Shown piece by piece: positions 17,848-29,590 of a stretch of DNA of 64,000 nt (the stretch's first letter is position 1; the number at the start of each line of letters is the position of its first letter). The DNA is from Nitrospirota bacterium (GTDB lineage Bacteria; Nitrospirota; Thermodesulfovibrionia; Thermodesulfovibrionales; Dissulfurispiraceae), in the NCBI GenBank assembly GCA_963710375.1, contig CAVPZX010000002.1, forward strand, positions 128,001 to 192,000, written 5' to 3'. Position numbers and translations under genes: made by a program. Under the pieces are notes generated by a model. That model did not search any database. It was not told the DNA's origin and worked only from the letters and a program-made list of their open reading frames with translations.

Positions 17848-20800
17848 ATGAAAATGTTGCCGGCGATTTTTCAACTATCTAGCTACTCGTTCAATTTATG
17901 GGCAATTCCCGTTGCCTGTGTCGTGCTCATACTCGCAGCGCTTGACCTGAAACGTTTTTATCAAGAGCGTTTTGAGCGGACCAGCTTGACACTCGACCTA
18001 CTGACATTCTTTATCTTGATATGGCAGGTCTCAGTTTTCTTTATGTACAGACTCAACCAATGCAGACGTTGCTCTTTGGTGGGCAAAAGCAGTCTATCTC
18101 GGCGTTCCTTTTATTCCCTCAGCTCTTTATTTTTTTGTCATCACCGCATTGAACCTCTATGAAAAGCATAAACGGCTAAATGCCCTAATCTGGGTATTAT
18201 CCTTGTTTTCTTCCATTCTCATGGTAGGTACGGACTTGGTCTATAGTAAGGTAAAGCATTTTCCGTGGGGGTATTACCCTCAGTTCACTTTGTGGAGCAT
18301 AATGTACCTGATCCCTTTCGGGATTGTGTTAGGAATTAGCTACCACGTACTTCTGCTGGCCTATAAGCAAGAAATACACAGCCTCAAGCGGCGATTTCGC
18401 ATCAGGTCATTTCTTCTTGCCCTTGGTATTGGAGGATCGGCGGTCGTTGATTATCTCGCAAACTTTGATATTGCAGTATATCCCGCCGGCTACATTGCGG
18501 TATTGGTCAGTACAATCATACTCAATAGGACCGTAGCAAAATACAAGCTTATCGATATCACCCCTAAGTTTGCTGCGCAGGGTATTCTCGATACAATGGA
18601 TGAAGCCCTGATTGCAATTGATGCGGAGGGTATTATCAGGTTGATCAATCGTGCAGCCACGGTGATGTTAGGGCGGCCGGAAGAGGACCTTCTCGGAAGG
18701 CCGTTTACAATGATTTTCGGCGAAGGTAACCAATCGGTACTTGACGGTAGCGCCTCGTCCGGTCCCGTACGCTGTTACGAATTATCCTATATGCATCCTG
18801 ACGACGTTCCGCAAATCCTCAGCATATCTGCATCGTCGATGAAAGACGACAGCGGGAGCGTTATAGCCACTGTTTGTACAGTCAGGGACATTACTGACAG
18901 CAAACGGACGGAAGAGGCGCTCAGAAAGGCGAAGACTGCTGCGGAAGCTGCGAATCTGGCAAAGGGCGAGTTTCTGGCAAACATGAGCCACGAAATCCGC
19001 ACCCCAATGAACGGCATCATTGGGATGACCGGTTTGCTTCTAGACACAGGGCTTTCTGAGGAGCAGAGGAACTATGCCGAGATGCTGCGCTCAAGCGGCG
19101 AGTTGTTGCTGGGCCTGATCAACGATATCCTTGACTTCTCCAAGATAGAGGCAGGCAAACTGGAGATAGAGACAATAGAGTTTGATCTGAGAAACACGCT
19201 TGAAGAGACTGCTGAGTTTCTGGCCTTGAGGGCCCACGAAAAGGGTCTTGAGTTAATATGCCGGATAGACCCTGGCGTCCACACATTTCTAATAGGCGAC
19301 CCTGGCCGGCTTCGCCAGATATTGGTCAACCTGATAGGGAATGCCATCAAGTTCACCTCAGTGGGCGAGGTGGTTATCGAAGCAGTGACGGAATATGAGA
19401 GAGACGGTCAGATTGCGGTGCGTTTCAATATAAGGGATACGGGCATTGGGATACCAGAAGACAAACTGCCTTTATTGTTTGACAGTTTTCAGCAGGTTGA
19501 TGCCTCTACATCGAGGAAGTTTGGAGGCAGCGGCCTAGGGTTGGCAATATCTAGGCGTCTGGTTGAGCTAATGAACGGCAGGATAGGGGTTGAAAGCATA
19601 GAAGGGAAGGGTTCCAACTTCTGGTTTACAGCAGTGTTCGATAAGGGGAGTCAGCCGGACAGGGGAGAAATGCCTCCATTTGTCGATATCAGCGGGGTGA
19701 GGATACTGTCAGTAGACGACAATGCGGTGAACCGCATTGTAATTGCAGAGCAGATGAAGTCGTGGGGAGTGCGCAATGCCGAGGCCGGGGGAGCTTTAAA
19801 GGCGATGGAGATGCTCCATGCTGCTCAAGCTGAAGGGGACCCTTTTCGGGTTGTAGTTACTGATATGCAGATGCCTGGGATGGACGGCGAAGCCCTTGCC
19901 AGGGCCATCAAGGCAGACCCAGCTTTGAGGGACACTTTGCTGATTATGCTGACATCCAGCGGGATGCGGGGAGATGCAAAGCGGCTTGCGAGCCTTGGAT
20001 TTTCTGCATATCTGACCAAGCCTGTAAGGATGTTCCAACTGCACAACTGCATAGCCGCAGTCCTTGGTGGGAGCAGTCTGCATGAAAAGGCCCAGGAAGC
20101 CGCTATTATTACCGGTCACCGGCTTCGTGAGGAATCCAGGCAGAATGCGCGCATTCTACTGGTGGAGGATAACAAAGTGAATAAACTGGTGGCAGAGGGC
20201 ATTCTGGGGAAATTGGGGTTCATTGCTGACACTGCTGACAATGGCCAGCAGGCGATCAATATAATGGAAGCCGCCCCTTACGACATAGTCTTCATGGATG
20301 TGCAGATGCCTGTTATGGATGGGTATCAGGCTACGAAAGCTATCCGGGATGGCAAGACAAAGGCAGCGAATCCCAATGTTCCTATTATTGCAATGACAGC
20401 CCATGCCATGAAGAGTGACAGGGAGAAATGCCTGCAATGGGGTATGGACGATTATATATCTAAGCCAATCTCGCTGCAGGAAGTGGCTAAGGCGCTTGAA
20501 AAATGGCTGCCACAGGCGCATGTCAAGTTGCCGGCAGCAACTGATAGGGCCTCTGATAAGACAGCAGCAGTAGAGGCATTACAGGTCTTTGACTATGCAG
20601 GGCTTATGGAACGCATGATGGATGACATGGATCTGGCCAGAAGAGTTATCACTGCATTTATGAAGAGAATCCCCGGGATGCTTGATAAGCTAAGGGAGCA
20701 GATAGATCGGGGCGATGCAGAACTTGCCGGAAGACAAACCCACAAGATCAAGGGGGCAGCGTCCAACACAGGATGTATGGCAATGAGCGCCGTAGCAGCT

Positions 20801-20926
20801 GATATGCAGAAGGCCGGAGAGCGAGGGGAAATGGAGACACTTATTGCACTTATGCCTAAACTTGAAGGCCAGTTTGAGTTACTGAAGGCTAAAATCAAAG
20901 ACTTGGGGGTCTTAGAAGTCATATAA
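17848..20926 (+). CDS. Hybrid sensor kinase (7TM N-terminus, PAS, HisKA, HATPase, two REC, HPt) with a +1 frameshift near 18051
   Basis: [21 protein letters not shown], two receiver domains, HKIKGAA HPt. Deleting one A joins ORF 17848 to ORF 18149 ([16 protein letters not shown]...). Confidence 0.88.
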
Positions 20927-21085
20927 CCGCAGTTGAGAGTTTATAAAAAAATTGGTTAAATTTCTTAATGACAATTAACAGCGCACTCATCTTCACAATA
21001 TAATTGTATCTGCACTGGAGGACATTTGTTCTCTCCAAAATACACTCGTTACGAACTGCATATAATAGTTCTATGGTACTCGATG

Positions 21086-22509
21086 TTACGGTGACGTGAA
21101 TTCGATCCCTGCCGTCGCACTCTCCTCGCCCTTCGGAGTATCAAGGCTGGTGTGCTTGGTTTCCATGGAAAGCCAAAGGGCGATGAAGGTCAGGATCGAC
21201 AACCCAGACAGATAGAGCCCAACTGAGCCGACCCCGTGATTTTTTGCGAGCCAGACGGCGGCGAAGGGGGTCAAGGCGGCGCCGAGGATCGATGAAACAT
21301 TGTAGGCGATGCCGGAACCAGTGTAACGTACATTGGTCGGAAACAACTCCGGGAGAATGGCCGACATGGGGCCGAACGTCAGCCCCATGAGCGTCATCCC
21401 TATGCAGAGGAAGAACAACATGAGTCCCATGTTGGCGTTCTCACCCGTCCCCATGATACTGGGACTGAGGAATAGGTTGAACGTCAGGCCGAACAGTATG
21501 ATGGCGGCAGTAATCACCAGCAAGACGCTGCGGCGGCCGTACCGGTCCGCTAGCCAGCCGGACAGCGGGACCATTCCGGCAAAAAAGAGCACTGCCATGA
21601 GTTGGAGTACTAGAAAGTTGCGGTAGCCGATTCCGAGGAAGCCGAGTTCGGTCTTGCCGATGGCGTAGGAGAGAATCCAGGTGGTCATGAGGTAGAAGAG
21701 ACCATAGGTGGCCAGCATGATGAAGGTGCCGAGGACGAGTTCCTTCGGATTGTTCCGGAACACCACGCCGAGCGGCAACTTGAGTTTCTCCCCGCGGGCC
21801 ATGGCCCGCGCAAATACCGGGGTCTCATCAAGTTTGAGGCGTACGTAGAGCCCCACCGCCACCATTAAGAGGGACACGAGGAACGGGAGGCGCCAGCCCC
21901 ACGTCAGGAAGTCGTGGGTCAACTGTGCCTGGGCCGAGTTGTAGTTAAACATGACCGTAAGCAGCAGGAAAGAGCCGTTGGCCAGAATGAAGCCGAAGGG
22001 GGCGCCGAGCTCGGGGCCACATTGCGGCCCAGGCGCGTTTCCCTTCCTTGGCGGTTTCGGTAACCAACAGGGCCGCCCCCGACCACTCTCCCCCCAGCCC
22101 CAGCCCCTGGCAGAACCGGAGGACTGTCAGCAGTGCGGGAGCCAGAACGCCGATCCGCATGACGGTGGGCAGGAGGCCGATGAGGAACGTTGCGATCCCC
22201 ATGGTGAGGAGCGACCCGACCAGGGTGGCCTTCCGTCCGATCCGGTCGCCGAAGTGCCCGAAAAGAATAGAGCCGACCGGACGGGCCACAAAGGCGACCC
22301 CGAAGGTCGCCATGGATGCCAGCAGGGCCGCCCCCCGAGTCACTCTTCTGGAAGAAAAGGAGCGGGAAGACCGACACGGCAGCCGTGGCGTAGATGTAGA
22401 AGTCGTAGAACTCAATAGTCGTGCCGACCATGCTGGCCACGACGATCCGGCTGCGCGGTGCGCTGGGTTCGTCATCGGATTGTGCTGACTTCGGATTAAT
22501 ATTTGACAT
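21086..22509 (-). pseudogene. MFS metabolite:H+ symporter (MHS/ShiA-like) interrupted by two +1 frameshifts (may be intact if these are sequencing errors)
   Basis: GTTIEFYDF, GHFGDRIGRK, QGLGLGGEWSGA and ELFPTNVRY motifs are spread over three frames; shifts at about 22331-22336 and 22012. Confidence 0.8.
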
Positions 22510-22656
22510 GATCACCCCCAGCAATTTCCAATCTGACTAAAGCAATCTCACGCAGAGCCGCAAAGAATGCAGAGTTGAACCAGACTATTAAGAACCAAAT
22601 GAAATGATAGGAGACAGGGCATTCATCTTCTCTTTCTTAAGAGACACTACACTATC

Positions 22657-23355
22657 TTATTTCTCATCCTTCTCCTCTATGGGCAGCAAAATATAATCAT
22701 CGCCTTCCCTGGCAACCTTGAAACCGAATTCATTGACCGATTCCGTCAAAGGCCTGCCGAGTATCAGGTCCAGCGCATCGCCGGGCAGATTGAACTTCTC
22801 CTGAAGAAAGGGGCGCAGATAAGTATCGTACTGAAGCATGTCCATTACCTCTTCAACAGCATCTTCATCCCCGCCTGCAAGTCGCTCAAATGCGCTGGAA
22901 AGCCTCTTGTACGAGCACTTTTCTTCGTGCCTCCCGATAATTTCCAGGAGTATATCGACACTATTAAAAAGTTCCTTTCTTCCAAGCGCGCTCTTTTCAA
23001 GCCCTCCGTAAAGGTCCATTGGCCGCCAGCATTCGTATTGCCTGCATTGAGACGGCCTGTTTTCGTATATACTGCATCCGTCATCGTTATAAAAGACGCA
23101 AACGGAGCCCTGCTCCTGGCTTCGTATCTTGATCAGCTCCATGAATGACTCATATATCTGACCGTCATTGTTAGATCGCACCAGCTCACCCTCTCTAATG
23201 GTAATAGTATTACCGTATGAAAGCACTCCTGAATCGAAAAGAGCCAGGTCTTCCTTCAGCAATGACGGGCTCGAACCCGTACAGCACTTGCCGCACCTTA
23301 TACAGGCTGTCCTCTTCTGCATATGCATTTTCTGCGGCTGACAATTTTTCTCCAT
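22657..23355 (-). CDS. YkgJ-family cysteine-cluster protein
   Basis: CIRCGKCC ... CVFY...CSIYENRPSQCRQY. Confidence 0.8.
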   Translation of the reverse strand: MEKNCQPQKMHMQKRTACIRCGKCCTGSSPSLLKEDLALFDSGVLSYGNTITIREGELVRSNNDGQIYESFMELIKIRSQEQGSVCVFYNDDGCSIYENRPSQCRQYECWRPMDLYGGLEKSALGRKELFNSVDILLEIIGRHEEKCSYKRLSSAFERLAGGDEDAVEEVMDMLQYDTYLRPFLQEKFNLPGDALDLILGRPLTESVNEFGFKVAREGDDYILLPIEEKDEK

Positions 23356-23382
23356 ATCCTAATCTCCTCCCTATATAAACGT

Positions 23383-23442
23383 CAGGTTTAGGTTTAGGCT
23401 AAGGGTTAGGTAGAGTCTTAACCTTAACCTTAACCTTTACCT
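23383..23442. repeat. Tandem-inverted hexamer repeat
   Basis: aggtttaggtttaggctaagggttagg ... cttaaccttaaccttaacct. Confidence 0.8.
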
Positions 23443-24636
23443 TTTTTCTGTTTTATCCCGTTGTACCGCCTCGGCTATGAGTTCAACAATGTGTTTTATA
23501 TTCCGGCCCTTTATACTGCTTCTCAACTGGAGGATACAATTCGGGCAGGATGTTACAATCATATCGGCATCCTCATACCCCGCCATCCTCTTATCGAGAA
23601 GACCTTTTGAAATATCCGGATATAATATCCTAAATGTGCCGCCAAATCCACAGCATCCCTTTTCCGAATCAATGGGGTTGACCCCCATCAACCTGAGGAG
23701 TGCCCTGGGCTCATTATGCAAACCCAGACTGTAGATAGCGTGACAGGGGTCGTGATAGGCCACACGCAATGAATTCCCGCCTATATCCTTCTTTATTTCA
23801 GGCAACACGCCGCTGAAAAACTGGGTAACCTCCATGGCCTTCTCCACGCCGTCGCCGAGCAGCCTTTTGTATTCATCCCGCATAAAATAAACGCAGGTCG
23901 GACAGACTCCTATGACAGCTTCCACGCTCATTTTATTGAATACTTTTATGTTTCTCTCTGCCAGTTCAGCTGCATCCTGCTCATAACCAAGCCCGAGCAG
24001 CGGCGCGCCGCAACAGACTTCTCCTTTAGGTAGAACCACATCATAGTTCATGCCGTTTAAAATCGTTATAAGCGCGTTCCCGATATGAGGGTAGAGAAAA
24101 TTCACGGTACAACCTGCAAACACCGCAACCCTCCCCCTCGGTTTCGCCACCTTGAACAGAGACATGCCGTCCCTCAGAGCAGGGGCCGAAATATTTATGC
24201 CCATTTCATGCAACATTCTGAAATGCCGGAGTCTATGGACAGGCAGTATTTCCCCTATGCCCTCGAGAAATTTCAAAACTTTAAAGCCGGTGGATGCCCG
24301 TTTGAAAGCAAGCTTGGCGGCAATACCCAGAAACCTTCTTCTTTTGCCGGATATCCTGAGGCTGTTTCTCCCTTCGTATATGGCATCGGTAATCTTTATC
24401 CCGAGAGGACAAAGCGTATTGCACGCCCCGCAAAGCATACAGCTGAAGATTCTTTCGTCAAGTATTTCAGATGGTCCAAGTTCTCCCTCTATAAATTTTT
24501 TGAGCAGGACAACGCGCCCCCGGGCACTCATCCCCTCGGTGACATCCTCACCGTATGTTGGACACAATGCCTTACAACTGCCGCACCGAACACACTGCTC
24601 CAGTGACATTGCCTTTACGCTCAACTCATTAGTCAT
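23437..24636 (-). CDS. Fe-S oxidoreductase, GlcF-like (2x4Fe-4S plus two CCG domains)
   Basis: CVRCGSCKALCP, CMLCGACNTLCP, VCCG, YHDPCH, GCCGFGG, SCPNC. Confidence 0.85.
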   Translation of the reverse strand: MTNELSVKAMSLEQCVRCGSCKALCPTYGEDVTEGMSARGRVVLLKKFIEGELGPSEILDERIFSCMLCGACNTLCPLGIKITDAIYEGRNSLRISGKRRRFLGIAAKLAFKRASTGFKVLKFLEGIGEILPVHRLRHFRMLHEMGINISAPALRDGMSLFKVAKPRGRVAVFAGCTVNFLYPHIGNALITILNGMNYDVVLPKGEVCCGAPLLGLGYEQDAAELAERNIKVFNKMSVEAVIGVCPTCVYFMRDEYKRLLGDGVEKAMEVTQFFSGVLPEIKKDIGGNSLRVAYHDPCHAIYSLGLHNEPRALLRLMGVNPIDSEKGCCGFGGTFRILYPDISKGLLDKRMAGYEDADMIVTSCPNCILQLRSSIKGRNIKHIVELIAEAVQRDKTEKR

Positions 24637-25411
24637 TAAGTTTTCCGCTCCTGAAACCCTCAAGGTCGATACTCACATACTTAAAGCCCAGCGCTTTAAT
24701 ATGCTGAACAACCAACTCCCTCATCTCTATATCAATTAACCTGGGCAGCTCGGCCGCTTCAACCTCAATCTTTGCCATATCATTATAGCTCCGCACTCTC
24801 AGGTCGCCAAAACCAAGCCCTTTAATAAATGATTCGGCTGCCTCGACCCTCTTAAGTGCGTCTTTAGTAATCCGGATCCCGTAAGGGAAGCGCGATGAAA
24901 GACAGGGCGAAGCCGGTTTGGACCATGTCGGGAGCCCCATCTCTTTTGAAAGCGCCCGTATTTCATCTTTCGATAATCCTGCTTCCAAAAGTGGACTCCT
25001 CACTCCATGCTTAGCAGCAGCCTGCCTGCCGGGACGCCAGTCAGAAAGGTCGTCACAATTGCTGCCGTCAACAACGAACCGGTATTTTTCACCATGGGCA
25101 ATAACGGTAAGTCTTGAAAACAGTTCGTCCTTGCAGTAAAAACACCGGTTTTTGGGGTTGCTCGAGAAATCAGGATTGGACAGTTCATCCGTAGTGATCA
25201 CTCTATGCATAATATCGACTGTTTTTGCCAAAGCCACGGCGCTTTCCAGTTCAGCCCGGGGCATAGTTTCAGAATATGCGGTCACGGCAAGCGTGCATAT
25301 GCCGGACTCCTTCAGGGCCTTAAGGAGAAAAGTGCTGTCGACACCTCCAGAGAAAGCGAGCACAGCGGATTCGATTTCATGCAGGATAGATAAGAGTTTT
25401 TGATATTTCAT
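24629..25411 (-). CDS. larE: ATP-dependent sulfur transferase LarE
   Basis: PP-loop AFSGGVDS, RCFYCK, WRPG, PCLSSRFPYG, GFRSGKLN. Confidence 0.88.
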   Translation of the reverse strand: MKYQKLLSILHEIESAVLAFSGGVDSTFLLKALKESGICTLAVTAYSETMPRAELESAVALAKTVDIMHRVITTDELSNPDFSSNPKNRCFYCKDELFSRLTVIAHGEKYRFVVDGSNCDDLSDWRPGRQAAAKHGVRSPLLEAGLSKDEIRALSKEMGLPTWSKPASPCLSSRFPYGIRITKDALKRVEAAESFIKGLGFGDLRVRSYNDMAKIEVEAAELPRLIDIEMRELVVQHIKALGFKYVSIDLEGFRSGKLND

Positions 25412-26919
25412 TAAAGTATGGTGATTTCGTAATTCTCCTGGTGAAACCTTATGTCCTCTTTGATGATGAGCTGAATGCCATAGACATTTTCAATTTCCTC
25501 TATACCCTGACGCTCTTCGTAGGAAAGGATTTCGGCAACAGCAGGATTACCTTTGATCACGGCCACTGTACCGCGGGCCAGATTCATTTTCCTCACTTTT
25601 CTGAATATCTCATAAGTGACCGTCCTCGCCGATTTTACGAAACCCCTGCCTTCACAATACGGGCACTGTTCGCACAGCACTCGTCCAAGACTCTCACGCA
25701 CACGCTTTCTTGTCATCTGGATAATGCCGAGTTCGGAAATATTGTAAATAGTGTTTTTTGCCCTGTCTTTTTTCATCGCGTCCAGAAAAGCCTTAAAAAC
25801 CTTTTCCCGGTTCTCGAGTTTTTCCATATCGATGAAATCAGTGATTATAATGCCGCCAAGGTTCCTCAGCCTGATCTGGTACGCAATTTCCTTGACCGCC
25901 TCGAGGTTAGTTTTCAAAATTGTATCTTCAAGATTTTCTTTGCCAACAAACTTGCCTGTATTGACATCGATAACAGTCATCGCCTCGGTCTGGTCAATAA
26001 CGATATATCCTCCTGATTTGAGCCATACCCTCCTGCCGAGCGCCCTTGAAATATCAAGCTCCAGGCCGAAGGCGTCGAACATCGGCTCCCGCCCTTCATA
26101 TAGTTCTATCTTATCCATAAGCCGCGGGAAATAAGTCCTGGCGAATTCTTTCAAACGCTCGTATTCCTCGGCAGAGTCTATCACGAGCCTTTCCACATTA
26201 TGGCTCATAAAATCACGAACACTCCTGAATACCAGATCAAGGTCACTGTATAAAAGGCTCGGCGCAGAAACCTTTTCCTTCTTTTTTTGAATGCTGTCCC
26301 AAAGAAGGAGCAAAAACTCGAGATCGTGTCTGATCTCATCAGGGGTGGCATCCTCACATGCCGTCCTCATGATCAGACCGAACCCCTTGGGTTTGATCTC
26401 TGCAGCAATGTCTTTCAGCGAGGCCCGAACCTCTTCATCTTCAATACGCCGAGATATCCCGATATGTTCCACATTCGGCATAAGCACCACATATCTTCCA
26501 GGCAGCGTGACATATGAAGTGACCCGCGCTCCTTTGGTACCGATCGGGTCTTTCGATACCTGGACAAGGAGTTCCTGACCTTCCTGTATCAATTCCTCGA
26601 TAGGCAGCGATGCCGCTTTGAATTCGTTTGCAGCATATAAATCATGATATTCCGTCTCGCCGTAGAGAAATGCAGCATAATAATCTTCCGTGTCCCTCAT
26701 AATGTCGGCCACATAGAGAAAAGCGGCCTTTTCAAGCCCTATATCAATAAATGACGACTGCATACCGGGCAAAATTTTCAGGACCTTGCCTTTGTATATG
26801 TTTCCCACAAGACTCGTGTCCCTCTTCCTTTCTATGTACTGCTCAACAACCTGCCCTCCCTCAAGGAGGGCAACCCTGCTTTCCTCTCTCGTAACATTAA
26901 TTACCAGCTCCGATGTCAT
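25411..26919 (-). CDS. rng: Ribonuclease G/E family
   Basis: GNIYKGKV S1 domain, IDVNTGK, IRLRNLGGIII, CPYCEGRG. Confidence 0.9.
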   Translation of the reverse strand: MTSELVINVTREESRVALLEGGQVVEQYIERKRDTSLVGNIYKGKVLKILPGMQSSFIDIGLEKAAFLYVADIMRDTEDYYAAFLYGETEYHDLYAANEFKAASLPIEELIQEGQELLVQVSKDPIGTKGARVTSYVTLPGRYVVLMPNVEHIGISRRIEDEEVRASLKDIAAEIKPKGFGLIMRTACEDATPDEIRHDLEFLLLLWDSIQKKKEKVSAPSLLYSDLDLVFRSVRDFMSHNVERLVIDSAEEYERLKEFARTYFPRLMDKIELYEGREPMFDAFGLELDISRALGRRVWLKSGGYIVIDQTEAMTVIDVNTGKFVGKENLEDTILKTNLEAVKEIAYQIRLRNLGGIIITDFIDMEKLENREKVFKAFLDAMKKDRAKNTIYNISELGIIQMTRKRVRESLGRVLCEQCPYCEGRGFVKSARTVTYEIFRKVRKMNLARGTVAVIKGNPAVAEILSYEERQGIEEIENVYGIQLIIKEDIRFHQENYEITIL

Positions 26920-26961
26920 AGGCACTCCACTCCGCTCCTCTATATTTACCTTCATCTGCCT

Positions 26962-29538
26962 TTATAGCGGCTCTACCCAGCCGTCCTTCCAGCCATATAG
27001 CGCATTCCTTACAATATCCATTTCTCTGAAGCTTCCGCCGAAAAGCGCTTCGGCAACTTCCCCGATCCTTGCCTTTATTGGACCATTATCTATAAGTATA
27101 AGGCTGATATCCATGTTGCCGCAATCATCCCCGGCCACTCCAGCCCAAGAAATCTCCGATTTTCCGGGGACCGCTATAGCAACTCGTTCAATGCACGGGG
27201 CTATATCGACTTCCCTCTCGTCTCTCCGTACAATAAGCGGGGGGAGTTCCCTGCTGACAGCAGAAGAGAAAGATGCTTCCAAAAAAGCCTTCCCCCTTCC
27301 GTCCCTCAAAGCCTCCGCCCTGACACCTTTAATAGTATATGCATACCGGGTGATAAAAGTGCTGAGAGAAGGCTCCTTGTACGTTATAACCGCCATTTTG
27401 CCTATCCTGATCTCCTCAGGCATAGACCTGTTTATCTCTCCCTCATAAAATTCTATATCAAAAGGACTGAAAACCTCCATATCAAAATATTCCCGTTCTC
27501 CGGCGATGCCGACGCTGAGGGACGGGCCAAAAGCAACTCGTGGCACCGGGTGGAATCCCTTTGAAAAGTCGAACAAGACGCCGGCTCTCCGCAGGCCTCG
27601 AAGCACTGCGGTTGCCACTTCAAGATGGGACAGATAACGGAGCCTTCCGATTTTGGTGAATTGTACCCTGACCCGTATTTTTGGAAGCGGCGAATCCCGA
27701 CGAGCCTCCGTGACCCCGTGACCCCGTGTCTCCGTTTCCCCCTTTCGCAGTGTCTCCGGCTCACTGCTGCATTGCAATCCGCATGCGGAGCACTCCTCCC
27801 TGCAGCCGGGGGTCCTGACTTCCGATAAGGCGTGCTCGTATTCAGTGTAAAGAAAATCTTTCTTTATCCCGGTGTCTATGGCGTCCCAAGGAAGCCGATC
27901 ATCTCTTTTAAAACTTCTTTCCGAGTATGCTGCGCCATCAATCCCTGTTTTGTCCATTGCATCAGACCATGCGGAAAAATTGAAATGCTCAGACCAGCCG
28001 TCAAGCCGGCATCCGGCCTCCCATGCCTTCTCAATCAGCTGAGACAAATTTTCATCACCACGGGCAAATACCGCTTCCAGAAAACTCATCCGTTCGTCAT
28101 GCCCCTTAAACTTGAGTTTCCTACTGTTCAAAGATTCTTTCAGGTAGCGCAACTTCCTCCGCATTTCATCAAGGCTTATCTGTCCATACCACTGAAAAGG
28201 AGTGTGGGCCTTTGGCACAAAAGGAGAGACGGTAACTCCGATATTCACGAATTTGCCCGTATTCCTTTTAGCGATCTTCATTGCAGCGCCCGCCATTGCT
28301 CCTATTGCTTCTATATCCTCATCCCGCTCAGTAGGAAGCCCTGCCATAAAATAAAGCTTGAGCGTATGCCATCCTTCTTCGAAAAGCGCTTTAAGCGCCC
28401 GCTCATAATCATCATCAGTAAAATCTTTGTTGATGACACCCCGCAGACGCTCGGTAGCAGCTTCAGGGGCGATAGTAAAGCCGGTCTTTCTTACCGAGCG
28501 TATTTCTTTGAGTACAGACCGGTCAATGGCCTTGACCCTCAAAGACGGCAGTGAGAGGGCAATCCTTGCGCTGCCGAACTTCCTGTTGAATTCTTTTATT
28601 ACCGGCAACAGGCAGGTATAATCACCGGCGCTCAACGAAGTGAGCGAGACTTCTTCATAGCCTGTGTTGGCCAACGATTCCCTGGCAATCCTTAATACCG
28701 TCTCCGGACTCCGTTCCCTTAAGGGGCGGTAAATCATTCCGGCCTGGCAAAATCTGCATCCCATGGGGCATCCACGTGAAACCTCAATAGAAATCCTGTC
28801 ATGAACAATGGAGGTATAAGGGACCACAGGTTTTACCGGATAAACTGCTGCGTCAAGATCGTCGATAAATTGTCTGCGTATCCTGTGTTCAGGGCCGTGT
28901 ATAAGCGGCACATAGAACCCTTCGAGCGCAGCTATTTCCTGCAATACGGTCTCGCGCCTTTCGTCCCCTTCCATTTTCCAGCGATACAGCACATGCGCCA
29001 GCTCGACTACGGCAGCCTCTCCATCACCAATAAGAAATGCATCAATAAAAGGGCTCATCGGCGCCGGGTTAACAGTGCACGGCCCGCCGGCAATGACAAG
29101 CGGCAGGTGTCCTTTTACCTCCATTCTCTCTGCCGTACGCAGCGGGATGCCGCCCAGGGCAAGCATATTCAAAACAGTTGTATACGACAACTCATACTGC
29201 AAACTGAATCCCACTATGTCGAACTTCCTGATCGGTAAGCGCGATTCAAGTGCGGAAAGCAGCAGTGACGAACTCCTCATATGAGACTCAAGATCAGGCC
29301 AGGGCGCAAAACAGCGTTCTGCGGATGCGAAGGTCAGTTTATTGATAATGTCATACAGTATTTTCAGTCCCAGATGCGACATGCCGACTTCGTAAGTATC
29401 AGGGAATGCCAATACAAACCGGGCCGATGCTTTGCCGGCCGCCTCTCCGGCTTTTGCATCAACAGACCAGGTAGGTTCGATTGCATTGTGCTCGCTGTTA
29501 ATATAACGGCTAGGCTTTTGGAAGAAAGAAAGGGTCAC
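26962..29538 (-). CDS. B12-binding radical SAM protein fused to a radical-SAM-linked C-terminal domain (TIGR03960/TIGR03936-like)
   Basis: FPDTYEVGMSHLG, RGCPMGCRFC, C-terminal RYLSHLE...FSKGFHP. Confidence 0.85.
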   Translation of the reverse strand: MTLSFFQKPSRYINSEHNAIEPTWSVDAKAGEAAGKASARFVLAFPDTYEVGMSHLGLKILYDIINKLTFASAERCFAPWPDLESHMRSSSLLLSALESRLPIRKFDIVGFSLQYELSYTTVLNMLALGGIPLRTAERMEVKGHLPLVIAGGPCTVNPAPMSPFIDAFLIGDGEAAVVELAHVLYRWKMEGDERRETVLQEIAALEGFYVPLIHGPEHRIRRQFIDDLDAAVYPVKPVVPYTSIVHDRISIEVSRGCPMGCRFCQAGMIYRPLRERSPETVLRIARESLANTGYEEVSLTSLSAGDYTCLLPVIKEFNRKFGSARIALSLPSLRVKAIDRSVLKEIRSVRKTGFTIAPEAATERLRGVINKDFTDDDYERALKALFEEGWHTLKLYFMAGLPTERDEDIEAIGAMAGAAMKIAKRNTGKFVNIGVTVSPFVPKAHTPFQWYGQISLDEMRRKLRYLKESLNSRKLKFKGHDERMSFLEAVFARGDENLSQLIEKAWEAGCRLDGWSEHFNFSAWSDAMDKTGIDGAAYSERSFKRDDRLPWDAIDTGIKKDFLYTEYEHALSEVRTPGCREECSACGLQCSSEPETLRKGETETRGHGVTEARRDSPLPKIRVRVQFTKIGRLRYLSHLEVATAVLRGLRRAGVLFDFSKGFHPVPRVAFGPSLSVGIAGEREYFDMEVFSPFDIEFYEGEINRSMPEEIRIGKMAVITYKEPSLSTFITRYAYTIKGVRAEALRDGRGKAFLEASFSSAVSRELPPLIVRRDEREVDIAPCIERVAIAVPGKSEISWAGVAGDDCGNMDISLILIDNGPIKARIGEVAEALFGGSFREMDIVRNALYGWKDGWVEPL

Positions 29539-29590
29539 TACTTAAAATACCATCTGAGAGGAAGTTAGGGCAAGAAACCTGGACATCAGG

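Noticed and set aside
27832..28554. Long antisense ORFs (for example 240 aa here, 2001..2663, 58576..59277)
   Set aside because: They lie opposite well-supported genes and have no motifs; treated as shadow ORFs
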